Below are positions 36,967-46,218 of a stretch of DNA of 64,000 nt, piece after piece. This DNA is from Gemmatimonadaceae bacterium (lineage in GTDB: Bacteria; Gemmatimonadota; Gemmatimonadetes; Gemmatimonadales; Gemmatimonadaceae). Where the stretch lies: assembly GCA_044224875.1 (NCBI GenBank), contig JBGAJQ010000001.1:224125-288124 (forward strand), in the 5' to 3' direction. Numbering within the stretch: the first letter of the stretch is position 1; each line of letters begins with the position of its first letter. The notes below the pieces were generated by a model. The model saw only the letters and a program-made list of their open reading frames with translations. It was not told where the DNA came from and searched no databases. The translations under genes were made by a program, and so were the position numbers.

Positions 36967-39405
36967 GTGCTGCCCCTCGACCTGATCCTCAGCCAATTCC
37001 GTCTCGCCGCTCGCTCGCTGCGCCGACGTCCTGCGCTCACCGTCGTCGCACTAGCTACTCTCGCGTTAGGCATCGGTGCCAACACTGCGATCTTTTCCAT
37101 AATAAACGTCGTCCTCCTCAAACCGCTGCCGTTCAAGGAGCCGAATCGGTTGGTCATGGCCTGGAGCACCGCACCTAACCAAGGCTTGGTCGAGGGGTTC
37201 TCGTCTTATCCCGACTTCAAGGATTGGCGGGATCAGACAAAGGCGTTTGACGGGCTGGCGGCTTTCTGGACGTTCCCGAACGGTGACGTAAACCTCACTG
37301 GAGGATCGGAGCCGCAACGGGCAACAGTAGCCCGCATCACTCCCGGCTTCTTCGAAGTCCTTGGCGTTCCTCCCCTGCATGGCCGCACCTTTCAGGAAGA
37401 GGAGAGCATCGTCGGCAATCACCGGCGTGCGATCCTCAGCTATAGTCTGTGGCGCGACGCGTTTGGATCGGACACGGGCCTGGTGGGCAAGAGCGTCCAG
37501 GTAAACGGCTTCCCTTACACGGTTGTTGGCATCATGCCGCCGGAGCTGGCGGCTCGGAGCGTACGTGTACTCGGCACCGACGTCCAGCTTTGGCGGCCGC
37601 TCGTACCCGAGGACAACCAGACCGGCGGCCGCGATACCCGGAGGTTGCGAGTCGTGGGCCGTCTCGCGCCGGATCTCTCAATCCAACAAGGGCAGGCTGA
37701 CCTTTCCGCGATTGCCACGCGGCTCACGGAACTGTATCCGGAGTCCAACCGTGACGTTGGCGTGCGACTGGTGCCGGTTCGTGAGCAGGTGGTTCGAGAC
37801 GTGAGACGGGGACTCTTTTTTCTCCTGGCAGCCGTTGGTGTCGTACTGCTCGGCGCGTGCGCAAACGTTGCCAACCTGCTGCTGATCAAGGCGGCAGCGT
37901 CTCGAAGACAGATCGCCGTGCAACAGGCGTTAGGTGCGTCCCGTTTTCGCCTGCGTAGTCAGGTTGCCGCGGAGAGTCTCCTGCTTGGAGGAGGCGGCGC
38001 ACTCCTTGGTGTCATCCTCGCTTATTGGGGCGTTAAGGCGTTCGTTGTAATCGGACCAGTAGACATTCCGTTGCTCGCCGATGCGCGTCTCGATGCGCGG
38101 GTGCTGGCCTTCACTGTCGTCACTACGCTGCTTACGGTAATGATCGTGGCAGTGCTCCCTGCGTGGCGGTCGAGCCGAGCCGATGTGACCGGAGCGCTCC
38201 GTCAGAGCCCGAGCCGGACCAAAGGCAGGGATGAGCACCGCGTTATGCGGGTGCTTACGATTTCGCAAATCGCGCTCGCCATGATGCTGCTGCTGACGGG
38301 CGGGCTCCTCATCAGGAGTTTCCGCTCACTCCTTGCTGTCGATCCTGGCTTTCGATCTGAGCGCGTGCTCACGTTCCAACTCGAGCTGCCCATGGGCAGC
38401 GGAATGCCATACGCCTCGCAACAACCTCGTGATTTATTCTTTCAGTCGCTGCTCGATCGCATCGAAGCGCTGCCGGGTGTTAGCGGGGCGACGTTGGCCA
38501 GTTCACCACCACTTCAGGAGGAACCGGCTGAGTTTACTATCACACTTCCCGATGCAGCAGACACGCGTGAGTTGCGTGCAAACTTCCAGCAGGTCGCCCC
38601 AGACTACTTCGACGTGCTTGGAATTCCGATGCTCGCCGGGCGTTCCTTCGAATCGACCGACGCTCGCAACGGACCGCGAGTAGCAATCGTAAGTGCCTCG
38701 CTGGCGCAAGTCGCGTTTGGCGGGAGCAATCCGGTGGGCCGGAGAATCGCGCTCGGTTCCGGCGACGACGCTGAGGTCGTCGGTGTGGTACGCGATGTCC
38801 GAGCTGGCGGGTTGGATACCGACGCGGCGCGAACGGCCTATGTGTCGACGACGCAGTGGGGTTTCAATTTCATCACGGTTCTTGTAAGGAGCCAGACGGA
38901 TCCTCGGGAGCTTATTCCTGCAATTCGCGGCGCCGTAGGAGAACTCGACGCCGCGCTACCGCTTCACCATGTCCGAACAATGGAGGCCATGGTCGCGGGC
39001 TCTGTGGCGCAACAGCGGTTTCAAATGCTTCTAATCGCCGCATTCTCAGCGCTGATGTTTGCCCTGGCCATCATTGGGACGTACGGTGTAACCGCGTACG
39101 GCATCAGCGAACGAACAAATGAGCTGGGGATTCGCGCTGCACTTGGTGCAACCGCACAGGATATCCGGCGACAGCTACTGCGCGAAGGCGGGCGGTTGGC
39201 GCTTATGGGAATTCTCGTCGGCGCGTTGACGACAGCTGCCGTAAGCAGAAGCCTGACGCGGTTTGTCTTTCAGGTCAGTACGCTAGACCCGGTGACGTTC
39301 ATTTTTGCGCCCACGTTGCTGGCCCTCGCTGCGCTTCTCGCCACATTCATTCCGGCGCATCGAGCGTCACGAGTGAACCCAATGGATGCGCTTCGATCGG
39401 AATAG
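36967..39405 (+). CDS. Duplicated MacB/FtsX-type orphan ABC permease (ADOP-like)
   Basis: LALGIGANTAIFS, ACANVANLLL, ERTNELGIRAALGA, IPAHRASRVNPMDALRSE; no adjacent ATPase. Confidence 0.93.
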   Translation: MLPLDLILSQFRLAARSLRRRPALTVVALATLALGIGANTAIFSIINVVLLKPLPFKEPNRLVMAWSTAPNQGLVEGFSSYPDFKDWRDQTKAFDGLAAFWTFPNGDVNLTGGSEPQRATVARITPGFFEVLGVPPLHGRTFQEEESIVGNHRRAILSYSLWRDAFGSDTGLVGKSVQVNGFPYTVVGIMPPELAARSVRVLGTDVQLWRPLVPEDNQTGGRDTRRLRVVGRLAPDLSIQQGQADLSAIATRLTELYPESNRDVGVRLVPVREQVVRDVRRGLFFLLAAVGVVLLGACANVANLLLIKAAASRRQIAVQQALGASRFRLRSQVAAESLLLGGGGALLGVILAYWGVKAFVVIGPVDIPLLADARLDARVLAFTVVTTLLTVMIVAVLPAWRSSRADVTGALRQSPSRTKGRDEHRVMRVLTISQIALAMMLLLTGGLLIRSFRSLLAVDPGFRSERVLTFQLELPMGSGMPYASQQPRDLFFQSLLDRIEALPGVSGATLASSPPLQEEPAEFTITLPDAADTRELRANFQQVAPDYFDVLGIPMLAGRSFESTDARNGPRVAIVSASLAQVAFGGSNPVGRRIALGSGDDAEVVGVVRDVRAGGLDTDAARTAYVSTTQWGFNFITVLVRSQTDPRELIPAIRGAVGELDAALPLHHVRTMEAMVAGSVAQQRFQMLLIAAFSALMFALAIIGTYGVTAYGISERTNELGIRAALGATAQDIRRQLLREGGRLALMGILVGALTTAAVSRSLTRFVFQVSTLDPVTFIFAPTLLALAALLATFIPAHRASRVNPMDALRSE

Positions 39406-39409
39406 TCGA

Positions 39410-39769
39410 TCAAGTTCGCGCGACTGGCCGGAGTTGTAGCATCGCAACGGTAACCGTTCCGAGCGTGAAGAGGGCCACCAGTGTCGGGCCCTGCGGCTGC
39501 TGCCATTCGCTCATTGAGCTAAAGCACAAGCCGAGTAGAACGCCGGCCACGTTCGACGCGATGGCGATCACTCGTAAGGCGGACCATGCACGCAATGAAC
39601 TCGCGAGGCACGTCAACGTGCCGATCAAAATGACGGCAATCCCGCTTCCTACGAACCACAACGCGTCGAAGCTGAATCCGTCGTACTCCATTTCGGCAAT
39701 GCCGATGTGGACGGCGCCGATAAGCACAGTCAGCACGCCGATGACTCGGGCCAGTCGCATCCAGTTCAT
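39410..39769 (-). CDS. Small four-TM hypothetical protein
   Basis: 119 aa, hydrophobic; GAGGAG RBS; last gene of the ArsR operon. Confidence 0.75.
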   Translation of the reverse strand: MNWMRLARVIGVLTVLIGAVHIGIAEMEYDGFSFDALWFVGSGIAVILIGTLTCLASSLRAWSALRVIAIASNVAGVLLGLCFSSMSEWQQPQGPTLVALFTLGTVTVAMLQLRPVART

Positions 39770-39787
39770 TCGCGCTCCTCGTCGGGT

Positions 39788-40768
39788 TCAAGGCACACGT
39801 GATGGCTCTGGCGGCGATCGAAGCGGCTTACGCTGCCCTCGAAGTACCGCCGCAGTGTATTCCGCGGCCGATCGAACAAACTCGCTGGAGTCACTTCGTG
39901 CCATCTCGTCCAGCTTGACCAATGCGGTATTCGCCTCCGCCCCGATCTGACCAATAGCCACGATGGCGGAATGACGGACGTCAGGATCACTGTCGGCCAG
40001 CGCCTGCTTCAGCGCCGGAAGCAATGGTGTTGCGTCCGGTCCAAGCGCATTAATTGCGGTCGCTGCCGCGAACCGGACGGAGCGATTCGAATCCTTCAGG
40101 GCCAGTACATAAACAACCCTTGTTTCCTCATTTGCCGCTTGCATCCGACCCAGTGCCTGCAAAACCAAGACGCGCGTTGCGGCCAACGTGTCGTCATAAC
40201 GAGTGACGAGCTTGTTGGCAGCGGATTGAGCTAAGGGGCCAAGGCGTCCGAGAGACTGAATCGCGCTGACGCGTACCTCGGCTGAGGGATCGTCCAACGC
40301 CGCAGCGAGGGCATCCGCGGCCACTGACTGTTCCACCTTAACGAGCCCGAGAAGGTCTGCTGCGCGAACGCGAACTATCGCGTGTGCCGAATCATTCATC
40401 ATCTCGGCCAGTCCAGTAGCGATTCCGGGGGCTTCGATGCCTTCGTTGGCAAGGGAAACAGCGGCAGCCAGTCGAACGGCGTCGACAGAATCGGCAAGTG
40501 CACCAACAAGAGCCTGAGCTGATCGCGCTGAGCGCGGATTCAATTCGAGCACACTTCCAAGCGCCCGAGCAGCTTCAATGCGCAATGTGACACTCGAATC
40601 CGAAAGGCGCTCAACCCATTCTCCAATAGGTCTCCCGCCGTAAAGCGGGTCGCTTTCACATGCGCCCACGAAAAAGCCGCACGTCATCACCAACAGGCCG
40701 CGTAAGGCCAGAACGGCACCGCCACGCGACTTAGCAGATGATGTTGCGCTCGTGGGTTTTTCAAGCAT
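39788..40768 (-). CDS. HEAT-repeat (PBS-lyase-like) lipoprotein
   Basis: VGA-C lipobox; repeated ALxD....VRxxAAxALG. Confidence 0.88.
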   Translation of the reverse strand: MLEKPTSATSSAKSRGGAVLALRGLLVMTCGFFVGACESDPLYGGRPIGEWVERLSDSSVTLRIEAARALGSVLELNPRSARSAQALVGALADSVDAVRLAAAVSLANEGIEAPGIATGLAEMMNDSAHAIVRVRAADLLGLVKVEQSVAADALAAALDDPSAEVRVSAIQSLGRLGPLAQSAANKLVTRYDDTLAATRVLVLQALGRMQAANEETRVVYVLALKDSNRSVRFAAATAINALGPDATPLLPALKQALADSDPDVRHSAIVAIGQIGAEANTALVKLDEMARSDSSEFVRSAAEYTAAVLRGQRKPLRSPPEPSRVP

Positions 40769-42674
40769 CGGGCTGTGTTCCCGCTAACCGGAGTGCGTTG
40801 AGAGTCACCGCGATGGATGCTCCAAGATCGCCCACAAGGACAGCAGCTGCCAGCGAGACGACCCCGAGAATCGCACCGATTGCGAGAACGAGCTTGAGTC
40901 CGAGCGCAGTACCGACGTTGAATCGGACGGTGCGCCTCGTTCGTCGTCCAAGAGTGAACGCGTACGGTATTCGCGTAAGGTCGTCGTTCATCAGCGCCAC
41001 GTCCGCCGTTTCGATCGTCGCGGGGGAACCCGCCCCACCCATCGCTATCCCGACGTTGGCTGTGGCGAGGGCGGGCGCATCGTTTACACCGTCGCCGACC
41101 ATGGCAACGACGTCATACCGTTCGCGCAGCGATCGGACGGCTTCGACCTTCTCATCTGGCAGCAGCCGCCCTCGAACCTCGTCGACACCCACTTCGCGAC
41201 CGACGGCCTTTGCCACTTCAACGGCATCGCCGGTCAACATGACGATTGGCGAGACGCCCATATCGTGCAGGCGCCTAACTACGCGCTCGGCGGCTGGCCG
41301 CATTTCATCGCGCAGATCTGCGACTGCCTGCCTGCCGTCGGACGTCACGGCGTATATCCGGATGGTCCCGGGTGGAGGCGGCGACCATTCCGCGGCGCGC
41401 TCGGTCCCGATGAGCTCTTCCGTGCCAACCATCAGACGGGTGTTTCCTACTCTTCCATCGATGCCACGCCCCGGCAGCGCCTTGAATTCATGGACAGGCT
41501 CATGTGACGCAACACCCTGCTGCGACGACGCATAGGTTACGATCGCTTGAGCGATCGGGTGCTCTGAACGGGATTCGAGCGATGCGATAAGGCGAAGCGC
41601 TTCTCGGGGGTCTGAAAAGCCCCTGGTCTGGAAGTCGGAAACGACGAGGGCGCCTTGCGTAATAGTCCCGGTCTTGTCGACAGCGAGCGCGCGTACCGTT
41701 CCGAGGGCCTCGAGATACGAACCTCCCTTGATCAGCACCCCATGACGTGCGGCGCTCGTGAGTGCGCTGACCACAGTGACTGGAGTAGCAATGACCAGCG
41801 CGCAGGGGCAAGCGACAACGAGAAGAGTTAGTCCGCGCCGAAACCAGTCAGGAGCGTCCGATTGGTCGCTGACCAACGGCACGAGCATAACGAGAACCGC
41901 GAGTACAGTGACGGATGGCGTATAGAATCGGGAGAAGCGCTCCACAAAATGTTCTATCGGAGCTCGCTGAGACTCGGCATTACGAACGAGCTGAACGATC
42001 CGCGCGAGCACGCTGTGCTCCGGATCGGCTTCTACGTCGACATCGAGTGCACCGTCGACGTTCAACGTGCCCGCGAAAACCTTGTCACCGGGCTGCTTCG
42101 GCTTGGGCAATGACTCGCCCGTAATTGTGGACTCGTTTACCGACGATTCCCCGCTGGCGACAGTTCCGTCAGCCGGCACGCGGTCTCCCGGACGGATCCG
42201 CACTCGGTGTCCCTTCTCCAGCGAGGCGGCCGCAACGCGCTGGATAGATCCATCCGGAAGGAGTCGGTCGGCTTCCTCTGGAGTGAGTTCCAGAAGACTT
42301 GCAAGCGCTCGCCGACTGCGATCGACCGCGAACCGTTCAAGTAGCTCGGCGCTGGAGAAAAGAAACGCGATTGTTGCCGCTTCGAAGGCTTCGCCGATCA
42401 AGAGGGCTGCAAGAATCGCAACCGTCATCAGGAAGTTCATGTCCAGTCTTCGCCGTCTGGCGGCGCGCACGCCGGCTCCAAAGAAGTTGAAGCCGCCGAT
42501 GAGGGATGCTGTCAGATACGCCAGACCCACCGCATCGAGTCGCGGTCGCAAAGCATCGAGCTCAGGCTGACTCGCGTTCAGCCCCGTGAGTGCGAGTCCG
42601 ACAACCCAAAAAATGCCGGCCCAGTAGGTTCGGAGCGCGAAGGCAGTACGCCAGGGCGACGGACGCTCACTCAT
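40761..42674 (-). CDS. P1B-2-type heavy-metal (Zn/Cd/Pb) ATPase without N-terminal metal-binding domain
   Basis: TGES, ACPCAL, DKTGT, SEHP, GDGVNDAP, Lys/Asp in the last helices. Confidence 0.93.
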   Translation of the reverse strand: MSERPSPWRTAFALRTYWAGIFWVVGLALTGLNASQPELDALRPRLDAVGLAYLTASLIGGFNFFGAGVRAARRRRLDMNFLMTVAILAALLIGEAFEAATIAFLFSSAELLERFAVDRSRRALASLLELTPEEADRLLPDGSIQRVAAASLEKGHRVRIRPGDRVPADGTVASGESSVNESTITGESLPKPKQPGDKVFAGTLNVDGALDVDVEADPEHSVLARIVQLVRNAESQRAPIEHFVERFSRFYTPSVTVLAVLVMLVPLVSDQSDAPDWFRRGLTLLVVACPCALVIATPVTVVSALTSAARHGVLIKGGSYLEALGTVRALAVDKTGTITQGALVVSDFQTRGFSDPREALRLIASLESRSEHPIAQAIVTYASSQQGVASHEPVHEFKALPGRGIDGRVGNTRLMVGTEELIGTERAAEWSPPPPGTIRIYAVTSDGRQAVADLRDEMRPAAERVVRRLHDMGVSPIVMLTGDAVEVAKAVGREVGVDEVRGRLLPDEKVEAVRSLRERYDVVAMVGDGVNDAPALATANVGIAMGGAGSPATIETADVALMNDDLTRIPYAFTLGRRTRRTVRFNVGTALGLKLVLAIGAILGVVSLAAAVLVGDLGASIAVTLNALRLAGTQPDA

Positions 42675-42713
42675 GAAGTTGACGCCCCACGTGCAGTACC
42701 TGCACTACGCCAA

Positions 42714-43118
42714 CTACTCGACATGGCGGAAGCCTTCCCCGAGAATCGCGCGGATATGATCGTCGTCGAGGGTGTAATACGCGATCTTGCCTTCTCGGCG
42801 ATAACGGACCAGCCGCATCTCGCGAAGTGCTCGAAGCGAGTGTGATGCCACAGACTGAGAAACTCCGACGGCCAGCGCGAGGTCGCACACACAGAGCTCC
42901 TCACGCCCCAGAACGTGAGCGATCCGCAGTCTTGTCGGATCACCAAGGACCTTGAAAGTCTCCGCCAGAGCTACGACCGCCGCCGGCCTTTTCATCGCCT
43001 GCCGGGTCCGACGAACCTTGGCCTCATCGAGGCATCGGACCTCGCACAGGTCACTGGAGTCCGGTCGACTCCTCGGCCCAGTTCGTCTCCGCTCTTGCGT
43101 TGCTCCCAGGGTACCCAT
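42714..43118 (-). CDS. ArsR/SmtB (CadC-like) metal-sensing repressor
   Basis: CEVRC, FKVLGDPTRLRI, ELCVCDLA, SHSLRAL, DDH...H. Confidence 0.95.
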   Translation of the reverse strand: MGTLGATQERRRTGPRSRPDSSDLCEVRCLDEAKVRRTRQAMKRPAAVVALAETFKVLGDPTRLRIAHVLGREELCVCDLALAVGVSQSVASHSLRALREMRLVRYRREGKIAYYTLDDDHIRAILGEGFRHVE

Positions 43119-43133
43119 AGTGTTCTCCGAACG

Positions 43134-43151
43134 TATGAATAGTCGTTCATA
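43134..43151. promoter_or_regulatory. SmtB/CadC-type operator
   Basis: Perfect inverted repeat TATGAA-N6-TTCATA 15 bp upstream of the ArsR start. Confidence 0.85.
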
Positions 43152-43356
43152 TGACGGTATGGTGTTCCGCGTGAATGAGCAATGGCGCGGCTTCCAGTAT
43201 CGTTCGTAAGGAGGCCGTCACTTTATCGGCTTGTTAGGCGGCCGAACGGAGGGCTGCGTATGACACCAACCCGTGTCCGCCCAAGCAGGGCCAGGATTGA
43301 CCAAAAGTCGCGATTCGGGGTTTACTTCGCGGTGGCGACCGTCAAGACTTAACGAG

Positions 43357-43701
43357 ATGATTTCCCTGCGCTCGATCGTTGTCCGTCTTGCGGCGGTGCT
43401 TTTTCTAGCCGTCGCATTTGGAACGTCGGTATTGGAGGAGTTCATCCCCGAATACCACGATGGCGACGCTGCGTCGGTTACTCTGACGGATTCACCTGGT
43501 CCGGGTGACGCCCCCCGGCCGTCCGGTCACCCACCGGATGCAACGCACGTGTGCCACTGCGTGCATGCCCACGCGCTCTCTTTCATCGAGACGCCGGTAA
43601 TAGGCCAATGGTGGCGTCGTGGATCTGACGCCGCATATGGCGACGCGACCTACCCGCGGTCGCCCGCGCTCCCGCACCACCTCCGCCCTCCAATAGCCTG
43701 A
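43357..43701 (+). CDS. CzcI/DUF2946-like leader protein upstream of czcCBA
   Basis: Hydrophobic N-terminus, HVCHCVHAH, C-terminal LRPPIA*. Confidence 0.8.
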   Translation: MISLRSIVVRLAAVLFLAVAFGTSVLEEFIPEYHDGDAASVTLTDSPGPGDAPRPSGHPPDATHVCHCVHAHALSFIETPVIGQWWRRGSDAAYGDATYPRSPALPHHLRPPIA

Positions 43702-43765
43702 CCCATCGTTGAGGTCTGGCGCGTCTCGAGTCGAGCCGCGCTCTCATTCGACATGGAGATCAGGA

Positions 43766-44998
43766 ATGTTCAGACGCGCGCTCATGCTCGCGTCTCTCTG
43801 GGCGCTGCCGTGCGCAACGGTAGCCTCTGGGCAGGCGCGATCGATTACCCTCCGAGAGGCTGTTCAGCAAGCACTCAGGAGTCACGTTGACCTCCGAGCC
43901 GCCAATGCGGATGTCGCGGTCGCTCGGGGCGAACTCGTCCTGGCGCGAACGGTCACGTACAACCCCGAGTTCGTCGCGTCCGTTGGGCCGGCAACCAGCC
44001 TGGACACAAACCTAACGAATCGCGAGTTTGGTCTTTCGCAAACCATTGAACTTGGTGGGAAGCGATCTCGAAGGAGCCAGGTAGCCGGTCTGCGACTGGA
44101 CGCAGCGGAATCCAGGCGCGCCAGGAGGCTGGCCCTCGTGGCCTGGAACGCACAGCGCGCATTCTACACCTCGCTGGTAGCACGCGAGCGTCTCGCGGCA
44201 GCCGCAGAAGCAGACACGCTTGGGCGCGCGCTGCTGGCCGCGGCGCAGGACCGACTGGCCCTCGGCTCTGGCACGCAGCTCGAAGTCAACGTCGCCGCCG
44301 CCGCACACGCGCGGGATCGTCGCACTCGACTGGACGCAGAACGGCTCCTCGCCTCCGCGCTTTTCGAGCTTCGAGCTGCCGTGGGTGCTGGAGTTCGCGA
44401 CTCGATTGTGCCGAGCGGTGAGCTCCCGCGCCTTACGATGCCGGTGGTTCCGCTCGACTCTGTCGTTTCGTCCGCACTTGGTCGCCGGCCCGACTTTGCG
44501 GCCGTACGAGGCGATCGTGGCGCCGCTGAAGCGAACGTGGGACTGGCGCGGTCGCTGGCATGGCCGGATCCGCAAGTCGGAGTCTCGAGCGGACGGGCGG
44601 AGGACTTTCGCGTCACCGTATTCAGTATTGCGTTGCCGCTTCCACTGTGGAACCGGAGCCAAGGGGACAACGTGATTGCCCGCGCGGCTCTCGAGCGCGC
44701 GCGCGTCGCAGAAGATTCCGCGCGCCGGGTCGTAGAACTCGAAGTTCGGGACGCATATCAGGCCCTAACGAGCGCACTGGCGAGCCGCGATGCGCTTGAA
44801 ACCCAGGCCGTAGCACTGTTGACCGAAAACCTGGCCCTGGCCCGGGAATCGTTCGAGGCCGGCAAGATCAGCCTCTTCATCTACAACACCATTCGCCGTG
44901 AACTGGTTGAGTCCCGCCTCGCGTACTTCGACGCGCTGACCGAAACGGTCGAACGGCGCTACGCCTTTGCCCTCGCCACTGGCGAGCCCTGGGAATGA
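43766..44998 (+). CDS. czcC: Heavy-metal RND outer-membrane factor
   Basis: Signal peptide, QTIELGGKR, LPLPLWNRSQG, FEAGKIS. Confidence 0.88.
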   Translation: MFRRALMLASLWALPCATVASGQARSITLREAVQQALRSHVDLRAANADVAVARGELVLARTVTYNPEFVASVGPATSLDTNLTNREFGLSQTIELGGKRSRRSQVAGLRLDAAESRRARRLALVAWNAQRAFYTSLVARERLAAAAEADTLGRALLAAAQDRLALGSGTQLEVNVAAAAHARDRRTRLDAERLLASALFELRAAVGAGVRDSIVPSGELPRLTMPVVPLDSVVSSALGRRPDFAAVRGDRGAAEANVGLARSLAWPDPQVGVSSGRAEDFRVTVFSIALPLPLWNRSQGDNVIARAALERARVAEDSARRVVELEVRDAYQALTSALASRDALETQAVALLTENLALARESFEAGKISLFIYNTIRRELVESRLAYFDALTETVERRYAFALATGEPWE

Positions 44999-46218
44999 CT
45001 ATGCACAGTGGAACGCGAGTCCATGGAATCGGCAGCATTGCGCTGCTGGTAACGCTGAGTCTCATCGGTACGAGTTGTGGAAGTGAGAAGGCTGCCGACG
45101 ATGCGCCGGCCGACACCGCCGCAGCGCAAAACGTCGTGACTCTCACGGAGGCGCAGGTAACCAACGCCGGAATCGCCTATGGAACGGTGGAGCTTCGCCG
45201 TGAGGCTGGTGTGCTGGAGGCAACCGCGCAGATCGAACCAGCCGCTGATCGCGTTGCGAAGATCGGCTCCCGCGTCCCCGGGCGTGTTGTCGAAGTACGA
45301 ACGGCTATCGGTGACCGAGTGACGGCAGGCCAAACCGTCGTCGTGCTCGATTCGCCTGATGTCGGACAGGCAAAGGCTGACTACCTGTCGGCACTTGCAA
45401 CGTCAACACTCGCACGTGAAACGGCGACTCGAGAGCGGCAACTCTTTGTACGACGAGTGAGCGCCGAACGCGAGTGGCGTGAGGCTGAAGCGGAAGCAAC
45501 GCGCGCCGAAGCCGCACTGCAGGCCGCGGAAAATCGTCTGCACGCCCTGGGACTCGAAGACTCCGAGCTCGCTGCCCTTCGCACCGAACGTCATTACAGC
45601 TCGACGATGGTTGTGCGCACGCCACTCAGCGGTGTGGTAGCGGAACGCAATGCTGCGTCCGGCGAGATGGTGGAGCCGATGAATCCCCTCCTCACCGTCA
45701 TGGACCTCAGACAGGTGTGGACGGTTGTGGATGTTTACGAGCAGAACATCCGGCAGGTAAGCGTAGGCCAGGACGTCGAAGTGACGACTGCGGCCTATCC
45801 CGGTGAAACGTTCAGGGGCAGGGTCGCAAGCATTGGCGCGCTGATCGAGCCGCAGAGCCGGTCAACAAAAGTTCGTGTCGTGCTTCCCAATCCGGGGGAG
45901 CGGCTCAAACCCGGCATGTTCGCCACGGTGTTCATCAAAGGCGCGGTTCCGAGCACGGCGGAGCGATTGTTCGTGCCGGTAGCGGCGGTACAACGCGACG
46001 GCGAGCGCACCATCGCTTTCGTGTTGCTGCGTGACCGGACGTTCGCCGCGCGGGCGATCCGCGTTGGAGGTCAAGCGGGTGAGTGGGTCGAAGTACTCGA
46101 CGGTCTGACCGCAGGTGAGAGGGTGGTCACGACCGGTGCATTCCTGCTCAAGTCGGAGTTTCGCAAGAGTGAACTCGGCGAAGGCGAGGAAGAGCCGAAG
46201 AAGGAGCGCAAACCATGA
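44995..46218 (+). CDS. czcB: Heavy-metal RND periplasmic adaptor
   Basis: Lipoprotein-like N-terminus, VRTPLSGVV, LKPGMFA, VVTTGAFLLKSE. Confidence 0.9.
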   Translation: MTMHSGTRVHGIGSIALLVTLSLIGTSCGSEKAADDAPADTAAAQNVVTLTEAQVTNAGIAYGTVELRREAGVLEATAQIEPAADRVAKIGSRVPGRVVEVRTAIGDRVTAGQTVVVLDSPDVGQAKADYLSALATSTLARETATRERQLFVRRVSAEREWREAEAEATRAEAALQAAENRLHALGLEDSELAALRTERHYSSTMVVRTPLSGVVAERNAASGEMVEPMNPLLTVMDLRQVWTVVDVYEQNIRQVSVGQDVEVTTAAYPGETFRGRVASIGALIEPQSRSTKVRVVLPNPGERLKPGMFATVFIKGAVPSTAERLFVPVAAVQRDGERTIAFVLLRDRTFAARAIRVGGQAGEWVEVLDGLTAGERVVTTGAFLLKSEFRKSELGEGEEEPKKERKP

